DNA of 53,156 nt. Origin: a virus. Position 1 is the first letter of the stretch; each line of letters opens with the position of its first letter. The position numbers and the translations under genes were made by a program. Of this stretch, positions 34,346 to 40,893 are shown piece by piece. Below the pieces are notes generated by a model that did not search any database, had not been told where the DNA came from, and saw only the letters and a list, made by a program, of their open reading frames with translations. The stretch lies in IMG/VR virus record IMGVR_UViG_3300009156_000038. The stretch is one strand, 5' to 3'.

Positions 34346-35872
34346 CTACCACCCGAAATTGAACCCGTGCCCGAGCCCGTCGTCCCAGCGGCTCTCACGC
34401 TGCTTATCCACCTCGCTGGGATCGATGATCTTCCCCCGATCCCGCTCGTTGATCATGTGCTGGCGGCAGGCGTGGACCATGGCGTCGAGCCGGTCCGGCG
34501 ATTCCTTGCCGTCCCACGAGGTGAACGTGGTCAGTTGATCCTTCAACAAGGTCAGCGGGCCGACGGTGTCGATCGTCTGGACCGGCTCCACCAGGTGCAG
34601 CTTGCCCTGCTGGGACCGCATGGCCACCGGTTCGGCCCGAGTCTTCTTGCCCAGTTTCGCGTCCACGCCGACGATCGGTGCGGTCGTGTTCGCCGGAGCC
34701 TCGCCGAGCTGGATCAGTTCGGACCAGGCGTCCCGGAAGACGTCCATCATCCACTTCTTGCCCAGGTTGTCCTCGCAGACCAGCAGGTCCGCGTTCCATT
34801 TGATCATGACGCGCCAGGCGTGCATCGCAGCCTCTTTGCCCGCGGCCTTGATCGTCTCGTCGGCCAGGACGTACATGTGTGTCGAACGGCACCGGGCCAC
34901 CACGACCACACCCATCTCGTCATGGGCATCTCGGGACCGGCCAGCCCGGCGCGAGGTCGACTCCTCCTCGCCGACATCGTCAGCCAGGGACGGGTCGATC
35001 CCGACGTAGATCGCCGAGACGATCTCGCCTTCCGGGATCTCGGTGACTTTGTACTTCTCCAGGTCCCCGAGCTTGAACAGGGCCCCCTGCATCAGTTCCA
35101 GGACGTCTCCGTACAGCTCCTGGCGCCCGAGGTCGGTGCCTTCGTATTTGGCGAGCAGGATCTTGAGCATCTGCGGGGACAGGTTCTCCGCGTTGTCGAA
35201 CGTCGACCCCCGGATCACGTGGACCGTGCCGTCGGTGGACTCCATCCAGCCCTTGAGCAGCCTGGACGGCTTCGGGGTCGTGGTGGCGAAGACCCGCGGG
35301 TGGTCGGTTTCCAGGTCTGCCCGTAATGCCGGTAGAATCCCTTCGAACCAACTTTGGTATGCTCTGGGCCATTTTACTATTTCGTCCAGCCAGGCGCCTG
35401 CCAGGTTGTAGCCGCGGCCCACGTCCTCGTCGTCGGCGCCCTCGCAGTGGATCTTGCAACCGTTGGGGAAGATCACCATCGGCTTCGGGGACTGCTTGTA
35501 CCGGTGGGCGATGCCCCGACGGTCGAGGACCCGCAGGATCCCTGCCGGTCCCTCCATGCAGATGGCCCGGGCATCCGACAGAGTCTCGGCCACCACGAGG
35601 TATTCGGTCGGGGCACCATGGCGATCCTTCGGGTAGAGCTGGGTACGTTCCACCAGCCACTCGGCACCGGCCCGGCTCTTGCCCCATCCCCGGCCGCACA
35701 GGGCCAGGGCCAGCAGCCATGCGCCCGGCGGGGGGACCTGTTCCGGGCGGGCCAGCCACCACCATTCGCCGCGGGCGATCTCTTTCAGGACCCAGGGTTC
35801 CTGCTCGTCGATCCATGCCTCCCGCAGGTGAGGCGGGAGTAATGCGAACCTTTGGGCCAGACTTAGTGCCAT
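34346..35872 (-). CDS. terL: Terminase large subunit (508 aa)
   Basis: Walker-A-like CGRGWGKSRAG. Typical TerL length. First gene of the late operon. ATG 35872 is chosen because the upstream ORF extension overlaps tRNA-Pro and the divergent promoter. Confidence 0.85.
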   Translation of the reverse strand: MALSLAQRFALLPPHLREAWIDEQEPWVLKEIARGEWWWLARPEQVPPPGAWLLALALCGRGWGKSRAGAEWLVERTQLYPKDRHGAPTEYLVVAETLSDARAICMEGPAGILRVLDRRGIAHRYKQSPKPMVIFPNGCKIHCEGADDEDVGRGYNLAGAWLDEIVKWPRAYQSWFEGILPALRADLETDHPRVFATTTPKPSRLLKGWMESTDGTVHVIRGSTFDNAENLSPQMLKILLAKYEGTDLGRQELYGDVLELMQGALFKLGDLEKYKVTEIPEGEIVSAIYVGIDPSLADDVGEEESTSRRAGRSRDAHDEMGVVVVARCRSTHMYVLADETIKAAGKEAAMHAWRVMIKWNADLLVCEDNLGKKWMMDVFRDAWSELIQLGEAPANTTAPIVGVDAKLGKKTRAEPVAMRSQQGKLHLVEPVQTIDTVGPLTLLKDQLTTFTSWDGKESPDRLDAMVHACRQHMINERDRGKIIDPSEVDKQRESRWDDGLGHGFNFGW

Positions 35873-35935
35873 GTGTCCGAATATTACTTCATGACCTGTT
35901 ATGTACGCCAGCCCCAAAAAATCTTGAATACGCAT

Positions 35936-35964
35936 TTGACACGGGGGGAGGGCGTAGGTAGTGT
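35936..35964 (+). promoter_or_regulatory. Sigma70-type promoter driving the tRNA / accessory block
   Basis: TTGACA at 35936-35941, a 17-nt spacer cggggggagggcgtagg, and TAGTGT at 35959-35964. The first 16 nt are identical to the TIR promoter. Confidence 0.65.
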
Positions 35965-36057
35965 TCTGGGTGTGCAAGACGGAGCGAGGGCAACGAAAGC
36001 GGACGACCCGGGCTACGGAAGCATGGGACTGCCGGTCACAGTGATCGACGGTCTCCA

Positions 36058-36130
36058 CGGATACAGGGCCCAAGGCGGGCCGCCTGGTTTGGGACCAGGA
36101 CACTGGTAGGTTCGATTCCTACGTATCCGA
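36058..36130 (+). tRNA. tRNA-Pro (anticodon TGG)
   Basis: Hand-folded cloverleaf: acceptor cggatac/gtatccg, D stem ggcc/ggcc, anticodon stem cctgg/ccagg with loop tttggga, T arm gtagg-ttcgatt-cctac. Confidence 0.8.
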
Positions 36131-36284
36131 CGGCTGGGGCGCCCTGGTTAATTCCCCCCAGTTGTGTTTCCAGGCTCCCGGGGCCTGACGGGATCATGGG
36201 CTCCCGGACCCGGGGGCCTACAAACGAGGCGCAACTGGAGAGGGCAAGCTATACCGGTTCAGGACCGGGACATTTGTGCCACAA

Positions 36285-36356
36285 GTGGTCGTAGTGTTAA
36301 TGGCAACACACCTGTCTTCCAAACAGGAGTTCCGGGTTCGAACCCCGGTGACCGCA
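36285..36356 (+). tRNA. tRNA-Gly (anticodon TCC)
   Basis: Acceptor gtggtcg/tgaccgc (2 G:U pairs), D stem gtgt/acac, anticodon stem cctgt/acagg with loop cttccaa, T arm ccggg-ttcgaac-cccgg. Confidence 0.8.
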
Positions 36357-36466
36357 CGATGCCGCCGGGGGCGGTGGCAAGGGGAACCGAAGGGGCGTGT
36401 GGCCCTTCCGGGAGGCCCGGTGATTGGCGGGTTAGACCGGGCGACATCAAGCTGAGAGAGAAGGAC

Positions 36467-37198
36467 ATGGGCAAGCTTCATCAGGTCATCGCCGTCGAGA
36501 GCACTGTCAAGGCGAACGCCGAGACCGCGTTCACCAAGGCGTACCACGAGATCCAGAAGAACGACCAGTTCCTGGGGCTCACCAAGACGTATCAGCCCGC
36601 CAACGAGGACGGCTTCCAGCTCCCGCCGGAGTCGAAGAGGGTCCTGTCGAACGCGAACACGCTGATCACGGACGTCCAGGCGGCACTGGAGAAGCTGTTC
36701 GATCACGTCGCCACCAAGGACACCGCGAACCAGGGCGCCAAGGCCGACATCGAGTTCCTGGGGGTGACCGTCAAGGACGTCCCGGTGGCCACGCTGCTGT
36801 GGGTGGAGAAGAAGCTGGTCGACATCCGGACCTTCGTGTCGAAGATCCCGACCCTGGATCTGGCGGAGGAGTGGACCTGGGACCAGTCGGCTCAGATCTT
36901 CCGGGCGGCACCGTACGCCACGGCGCGTCAGCGCAAGGACACCGAGTACATCACGGTCGTGCAGCCCACCGACAAGCATCCGGCCCAGGTGGTGGCGAAG
37001 CCGGTCGACGTGTTCGAGGGCACCTGGACGACGACGAAGCTGTCGGGCGCCATGTCGCCTGCCCGCAAGCGTGACATCCTGGGACGGGTGGACGGGCTGC
37101 TGATGGCGGTGAAGCGCGCCCGGGAGACCGCGAACTCATTCGAGGTCACCAACGTCTCGATCGGCAACACCCTGCTGAACCTCGTGTTCGGCTCCTAG
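36467..37198 (+). CDS. Conserved-looking hypothetical protein (243 aa)
   Basis: Frame of ORF 36164..37198. ATG 36467 with RBS GAGAAGGA. The earlier part of the ORF overlaps tRNA-Gly. Confidence 0.75.
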   Translation: MGKLHQVIAVESTVKANAETAFTKAYHEIQKNDQFLGLTKTYQPANEDGFQLPPESKRVLSNANTLITDVQAALEKLFDHVATKDTANQGAKADIEFLGVTVKDVPVATLLWVEKKLVDIRTFVSKIPTLDLAEEWTWDQSAQIFRAAPYATARQRKDTEYITVVQPTDKHPAQVVAKPVDVFEGTWTTTKLSGAMSPARKRDILGRVDGLLMAVKRARETANSFEVTNVSIGNTLLNLVFGS

Positions 37199-37201
37199 AC
37201 T

Positions 37202-37216
37202 CCCGGGTAACCCGGG
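37202..37216 (+). terminator. Short hairpin after the 243-aa gene
   Basis: cccggg-taa-cccggg, 4 nt after the stop. No T-run follows. Confidence 0.35.
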
Positions 37217-37350
37217 TGAGCACAAGATGATGTTGAAGCTTAGCCTCAGTGGTCCAGGGATGGACGCGTTCAAACTGAAGCTATCGCTCCAAGATCATTA
37301 ACAGTCCCAGATCGCCACATCAAATAGCAGCAGGCAAGGGAACCGCAGTC

Positions 37351-37378
37351 GGGGGTTCGAATCCCCCCGGGGCCGCCA
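37351..37378 (+). ncRNA. Orphan tRNA 3' module (T arm, 3' acceptor strand, discriminator, encoded CCA)
   Basis: ggggg-ttcgaat-ccccc then cggggcc-g-cca. I found no complementary 5' acceptor strand upstream. The complement ggccctg lies 3 nt downstream. Confidence 0.4.
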
Positions 37379-37460
37379 CATGGCCCTGTGGAGAAGTGGC
37401 ATCTCAGCATCCGTAAGAACTGACCTGAGGCTTTAAACGCCGGTGGCGTGAGTGGGAAAC

Positions 37461-37531
37461 CAAGTGATTGGGCAATGGCAGCCCAACAGCCTATCAAGCT
37501 GTAGATCTCGGTTCGAATCCGAGTCGCTTAA
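37461..37531 (+). tRNA. tRNA with anticodon ATC (Asp codon GAU) and a C1:A72 mismatch
   Basis: Acceptor caagtga/tcgctta, D stem gggc/gccc, anticodon stem acagc/gctgt with loop ctatcaa, T arm ctcgg-ttcgaat-ccgag. Confidence 0.5.
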
Positions 37532-37576
37532 ACACAATTTCAGGGGTCCGGCAGGCTAGTCCGGGCCCCTGGCCAA

Positions 37577-37642
37577 GCCCCGATAGCTCAATTGGCAGAG
37601 CGGTCGACGGACGAGATGTGGGTTCGAATCCCACACGGGGCA
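37577..37642 (+). ncRNA. tRNA-like element with a truncated anticodon arm (66 nt)
   Basis: Acceptor gccccga/acggggc (6/7 pairs), D arm gctc-aattggca-gagc, T arm gtggg-ttcgaat-cccac. Only 16 nt (ggtcgacggacgagat) lie between the D and T arms. Confidence 0.5.
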
Positions 37643-37726
37643 CAACTCCGTTCCAGCTATGGGCTGGCGGAATAGTACAGGGATACGCGGCCCTGTGCGG
37701 GCATGGGAAGTCATGAGCCCCATGTA

Positions 37727-37808
37727 GTGACGTGGTGTAAGGCAGCACGGGGACCCAACTCCCAAGTGGAGCGGAACCAGGTCCAGGTTTCGAAATCCTG
37801 GAGTCACG
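37727..37808 (+). ncRNA. Class-II-like tRNA-like element with a 6-nt anticodon loop (82 nt)
   Basis: Acceptor gtgacgt/gagtcac (1 mismatch), D stem gtgt/gcac, stem ggga/tccc with loop cccaac, long variable arm, T loop ttcgaaa closed by a U:U pair. Confidence 0.4.
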
Positions 37809-37811
37809 CGA

Positions 37812-37885
37812 GACCCTGTAGCCCAATGGGTAGAGGCACTGGATTCAAGTTCCGGTCAGTCCAGGTTCGAATCCTGGCAGGGTCA
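37812..37885 (+). tRNA. tRNA with anticodon CAA (Leu by anticodon) but class-I architecture
   Basis: Perfect acceptor gaccctg/cagggtc, anticodon stem ctgga/tccgg with loop ttcaagt, 5-nt variable loop, T arm ccagg-ttcgaat-cctgg, A73. Confidence 0.65.
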
Positions 37886-37904
37886 CGACCTGAAAGGAGA
37901 AATC

Positions 37905-38096
37905 ATGGAGATCGGTAAGTGGACCAAGGCGAGCAAGAGCGGCACCGCCGGTGCCTGCGTCGAAGTGAAGGAACTGGAGGCTGGGCTCATCGGGGTGCGC
38001 GACTCCAAGGACCCGGGCGGCCCCATCCTGTTTTTCACTCGGGACGAGTGGAACGCGTTCCTCGACGGCGCCACCAAGGGCGAATTCGACCTGTGA
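37905..38096 (+). CDS. DUF397 (BldB-family-like) small protein (63 aa)
   Basis: WTKASKSGTAGACVEV...VRDSKDPGGPILFFTRDEWNAFLDGATKGEFD is a typical DUF397 pattern. RBS AAGGAG. Confidence 0.85.
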   Translation: MEIGKWTKASKSGTAGACVEVKELEAGLIGVRDSKDPGGPILFFTRDEWNAFLDGATKGEFDL

Positions 38097-38185
38097 CGGG
38101 TTTCTGGGACATATTCTGGCCCGTGTTCTGGGCAGTCCTGTCGGCCCTGGCGGTACGTTCGATCATCAGGGCTGTCTTTGAGTAG
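38093..38185 (+). CDS. Possible 30-aa hydrophobic peptide
   Basis: GTG 38093 overlaps the DUF397 stop (GTGA). Sequence VTGFWDIFWPVFWAVLSALAVRSIIRAVFE. Confidence 0.35.
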   Translation: MTGFWDIFWPVFWAVLSALAVRSIIRAVFE

Positions 38186-38189
38186 CCCT

Positions 38190-38298
38190 GGGCTACTAGC
38201 TCAACGGATAGAGCACGGTCTCAAAGCCCGGAGGCGAGCGTCGACTAGCGCCGGGTGGGCGTAGGCCGAGGTTCCTGGTTCGAGTCCAGGGTAGTCCA
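38190..38298 (+). ncRNA. tRNA-like element with a 43-nt anticodon-loop region (109 nt)
   Basis: Acceptor gggctac/gtagtcc, D arm gctc-aacggata-gagc, stem cggtc/ggccg enclosing 43 nt (internal cccgg/ccggg hairpin), 5-nt variable loop, T arm cctgg-ttcgagt-ccagg. Confidence 0.5.
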
Positions 38299-38333
38299 CG
38301 CAACATGAGGAAAGTCCAACGAGAAGAGGACAA

Positions 38334-38723
38334 ATGGCAATGCTAGTCAACAGCTCCCGCCTCAGCGAGGTCCGGAGCGAAATGACCAGGGAGCGCCAGG
38401 AACAGGAGAAGCGGGAGATACGGGTGATGCTCGACGAATACGGCACCGACGACTACGCGGACGGCACGGTGCTGATGTGCACCAAGGAGTCCTACGGCGG
38501 CATCGACGAGCCGATCACTTTCGTCCTCGTCAAGAACACCAGGGGCATCAAGAACGGCTGGCGGCGCATCGGTTCCGTTCACGAGATGACGTGGGACAAC
38601 CTGGTGGACTGGCTGCTCATCGAGGGCACCCCGACCCGCAAGGCCGACCTGATCGAGCTGGCACCCAAAGCGACGGTGGCCGACGTCAAGGCCCCCGAGA
38701 TCCCGCTGCCCAAGGCGGACTAG
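38334..38723 (+). CDS. Hypothetical protein (129 aa)
   Basis: ORF track. RBS GAAGAGGA upstream. Confidence 0.7.
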   Translation: MAMLVNSSRLSEVRSEMTRERQEQEKREIRVMLDEYGTDDYADGTVLMCTKESYGGIDEPITFVLVKNTRGIKNGWRRIGSVHEMTWDNLVDWLLIEGTPTRKADLIELAPKATVADVKAPEIPLPKAD

Positions 38724-38769
38724 TTCGCTACTGACGATCCCACTGGGGGCCTGAGTCATAATCAAATAG

Positions 38770-38894
38770 GGGGATGTACCCGAAGCGGCCAAACGGGTGA
38801 CCGGCGGAATCATCTAGTGCACTACTTAACACCGCCGGAACAGGGTATCCCGGTGCACCGGGGGCCCACGTGGTTTCCAATCCCACCATCCCCA
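38770..38894 (+). ncRNA. Oversized tRNA-like element (125 nt)
   Basis: Perfect acceptor ggggatg/catcccc, Tyr-type D arm cccg-aagcggccaaa-cggg, 7-bp stem ccggcgg/ccgccgg enclosing 24 nt with the palindrome tagtgcacta, extra hairpin cccgg-tgca-ccggg, T loop ttccaat. Confidence 0.45.
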
Positions 38895-39339
38895 CGCAAA
38901 AGCAGCAGAAGGTAACCGTGCCACGGGTTACTCAAGGAGCTGTGCCAGCAGCCCGGAGGGCACCGGAGAACCTGGCGGAGGGTGTAGCCGTATCTCTACC
39001 AAGAGCGTGCGGTCACCGGGGGTCGCGGTCCCGGCACCCACGAACGGCGTCAACATGGTCGGCCGGGAGAATGAAGGCTCCCGGGATCGACGTGAAAGGA
39101 TGGCAGCCCACCGCTGGGTGCTGAGACACGCGGTGGTGCCGCAGGCTGGTCGAGCAGCTTGCGTGTCGTCGGAGAAGAACCCTGGGGACCATTACGCCCC
39201 GGGGGCCACACCTGCGCCGTGCAAACTACAGGAGCATGAAGAAGGGACCAGGAACATGATCCTCGATGAGGAACAGCGACTCAAGGAACTGGGTAATCCC
39301 GAGGCGTGGGCCGAGGTTCCCCGGCCCACGGAGTAAGAC

Positions 39340-39416
39340 GTAACGCTGGCGGCCATGGTACCCGGGGAGATCCCGGGGCGCCCTCGAATAGGTCACGAAA
39401 CAGCCGCCAGCGTTAC
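39340..39416 (+). ncRNA. 77-nt stem-enclosed structured element
   Basis: Perfect 14-bp closing stem gtaacgctggcggc/gccgccagcgttac, internal hairpin cccggg-gagat-cccggg. Ends 4 nt before tRNA-Asn. Confidence 0.4.
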
Positions 39417-39420
39417 CCGT

Positions 39421-39491
39421 TCCGAGATCGTCCAACGGCAGGACACCGAGTTGTTACCTCGGGAATCGGGGTTCGAATCCCTGTCTCGGAG
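39421..39491 (+). tRNA. tRNA-Asn (anticodon GTT)
   Basis: Acceptor tccgaga/tctcgga, D stem gtcc/ggac, anticodon stem ccgag/ctcgg with loop ttgttac, T arm cgggg-ttcgaat-ccctg. Confidence 0.85.
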
Positions 39492-39495
39492 CCCA

Positions 39496-39591
39496 GGGCC
39501 CGTAGCTTAAGCGGAACCGTGGGAAACGTACGCCCGGCCGGTTCCCGGGAAAGAGCGCCGGAGGGTGCGGGTTCGAATCCCGCCGGGTCCA
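39496..39591 (+). ncRNA. tRNA-like element (96 nt) with expanded D and anticodon regions
   Basis: Acceptor gggcccg/cgggtcc, T arm gcggg-ttcgaat-cccgc, stem ccggc/gccgg enclosing 18 nt, 29 nt where the D arm should be. Confidence 0.45.
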
Positions 39592-39599
39592 CGCAACAA

Positions 39600-39682
39600 G
39601 GTGATGTCGTCCAGCGGCCTAGGACCCAGGGGGAGCTTCGGGCTCACACTCCGAGACGCCGGTTCGAATCCGGCCGTCACCA
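39600..39682 (+). ncRNA. tRNA-like element (83 nt) with an expanded anticodon region
   Basis: Acceptor ggtgatg/cgtcacc, Glu/Gln-type D arm gtcc-agcggccta-ggac, T arm gccgg-ttcgaat-ccggc. 32 nt lie between the D and T arms (ggag/ctcc stem, 13-nt loop). Confidence 0.5.
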
Positions 39683-39699
39683 CGTAACAGGAGGATGCG

Positions 39700-39855
39700 A
39701 TGAAGTGTGTCAACGGGCACGACTGGGAGGACTGCAGCTGCCCCAAGACCGAGGAGTTCCGCGCAGCTCAGGACCGCTGGACACTGCAGGTTACCTTGGT
39801 GGCGGTGACGGTGGCCGTGTGTGCCGGGTTGCTGGTGGCAGCGATGCTGCATTGA
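39700..39855 (+). CDS. Small membrane-anchored Cys-containing protein (51 aa)
   Basis: ATG 39700 with RBS AGGAGGA 5 nt upstream. MKCVNGHDWEDCSCPK... followed by the TM helix VTLVAVTVAVCAGLLVAAML. Not in the ORF track (<60 aa). Confidence 0.55.
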   Translation: MKCVNGHDWEDCSCPKTEEFRAAQDRWTLQVTLVAVTVAVCAGLLVAAMLH

Positions 39856-39871
39856 GGGAGAAGGAGGAGTA

Positions 39872-40285
39872 GTGAAGGAGTTCCTGAAAGTCGGCGGCAC
39901 CATCCTGGGTGCCGTGCTCGGCGTGGCCCTGCTGGGCTGGGGTATCTACGCCGTCAAGGTGGCTATGTCGCCGGTGAAGGGTGCTGGGGACACGGTGATC
40001 CAGAACAACAGCGTCCGCAACCGCACCCAGGCGCAGGAGCGGATGCAGGAGATGTACGCGGCGGTGGAGCGTAATGTCCGCAACGTCCAGGTGGCTACGG
40101 CCGCCGCGAAGCAGCACCCCAACGACCGGATCCTGGGCACCAACGCGGACGGGGCGCTGCAGATCTGCTTCGCTGCCGTGGCGGACTACAACGCAGAGAC
40201 CGGGAAGATCCTCACCCGCGACTGGGTGTCGGACAAACTTCCCCTGACCATCGACGATTCGATCTGTGAGGCGGCAGCGAAGTGA
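39872..40285 (+). CDS. Membrane protein (137 aa)
   Basis: Frame of ORF 39821..40285. GTG 39872 follows GAAGGAGGAG. N-terminal TM GGTILGAVLGVALLGWGIYAV. Confidence 0.65.
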   Translation: MKEFLKVGGTILGAVLGVALLGWGIYAVKVAMSPVKGAGDTVIQNNSVRNRTQAQERMQEMYAAVERNVRNVQVATAAAKQHPNDRILGTNADGALQICFAAVADYNAETGKILTRDWVSDKLPLTIDDSICEAAAK

Positions 40286-40791
40286 AGAAGAAGTACCTGG
40301 TGGTCCCGATCGCCGGGATCCTGGCGTTCCTGCTCCTGACTGCGGAGTCCTGTAACTCCACCAAGCGGACGAAGGGGGACGAGGCTCGGGCAAACAAGCA
40401 GGCGACGGTGATCCTGTGCGGCGAGAAGAATGAGAGCACGGAATGCCGCAACCTTCAGAAGAAGAAGGACCGGGACAACGACCCCAACCGGATTACCTAC
40501 GTCTACCTGCTGTCGTGGACCGGCGAGTTCATCGGCTACTACACGGCCAAGGGCAAAGTGTCGAGCAACCAGAGCCAGATGGCGCCCTCCGACGCCGGGG
40601 TGCGCATCTGCAACTGGAACTCCTCCGACTGCTACGCCCTCGGCGAGGCGCCGGGTGACGACGGCTCGTTCGGTCCGAACGAGGACGGCATCTTCTTCTT
40701 CACGACCGACGACACGAAGATCACCTGGAACGGTCTGTACCAGCAGTCCGACAAGCCCCTGAACATCAAGGCCCCGCTGCTGTACAACTAG
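40282..40791 (+). CDS. Secreted / lipoprotein-like protein (169 aa)
   Basis: ORF track. Signal-peptide-like MKKKYLVVPIAGILAFLLLTAESC. GTGA overlap. Confidence 0.7.
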   Translation: MKKKYLVVPIAGILAFLLLTAESCNSTKRTKGDEARANKQATVILCGEKNESTECRNLQKKKDRDNDPNRITYVYLLSWTGEFIGYYTAKGKVSSNQSQMAPSDAGVRICNWNSSDCYALGEAPGDDGSFGPNEDGIFFFTTDDTKITWNGLYQQSDKPLNIKAPLLYN

Positions 40792-40805
40792 CCCCGCCCC
40801 GCTCC

Positions 40806-40842
40806 ATCCCACCAGGGTTCGACCGTACCTGGTGGGATCTTT
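40806..40842 (+). terminator. Rho-independent-type terminator
   Basis: 11-bp stem atcccaccagg/cctggtgggat, 11-nt loop, followed by ctttgt. Confidence 0.65.
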
Positions 40843-40893
40843 GTATGTTATCGTGTCCTGGTGTCTGGTTCCGTACGAGAAGCGAGATGATCA

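Noticed and set aside
35873-36103. N-terminal extension of the terminase ORF (start at 36103 or 35935), or a small terminase gene upstream of TerL.
   Set aside because: The extension overlaps tRNA-Pro and the divergent + strand promoter and is AT-rich with poor codon bias. No separate small ORF with TerS character lies upstream.
37351-37378. attP-like core: a tRNA 3' end fragment of the kind used by integrating phages.
   Set aside because: No tyrosine or serine integrase or excision module is recognisable anywhere in the window, and the fragment sits inside a tRNA array.
38770-38894. Possible phage tmRNA, suggested by the GGGGATG 5' end and T-arm 3' end.
   Set aside because: It is only about 125 nt and has a normal D stem. 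The acceptor has G3:C70 rather than G3:U70, and I could find no tag reading frame ending in a canonical stop context.
38870-39336. ORFs 38870..39124 and 39007..39336 in the tRNA-like region, including a 26-aa ORF at 39257..39337.
   Set aside because: The products look non-protein-like (Arg/Gly/Pro strings) and codon GC3 is clearly lower than in genuine genes. The region is full of hairpins, so it is more likely non-coding RNA.
39340-39416. Hammerhead ribozyme, because of a CGAAAC-like segment next to a long stem.
   Set aside because: No CUGAUGA box and no suitable three-stem junction could be drawn.
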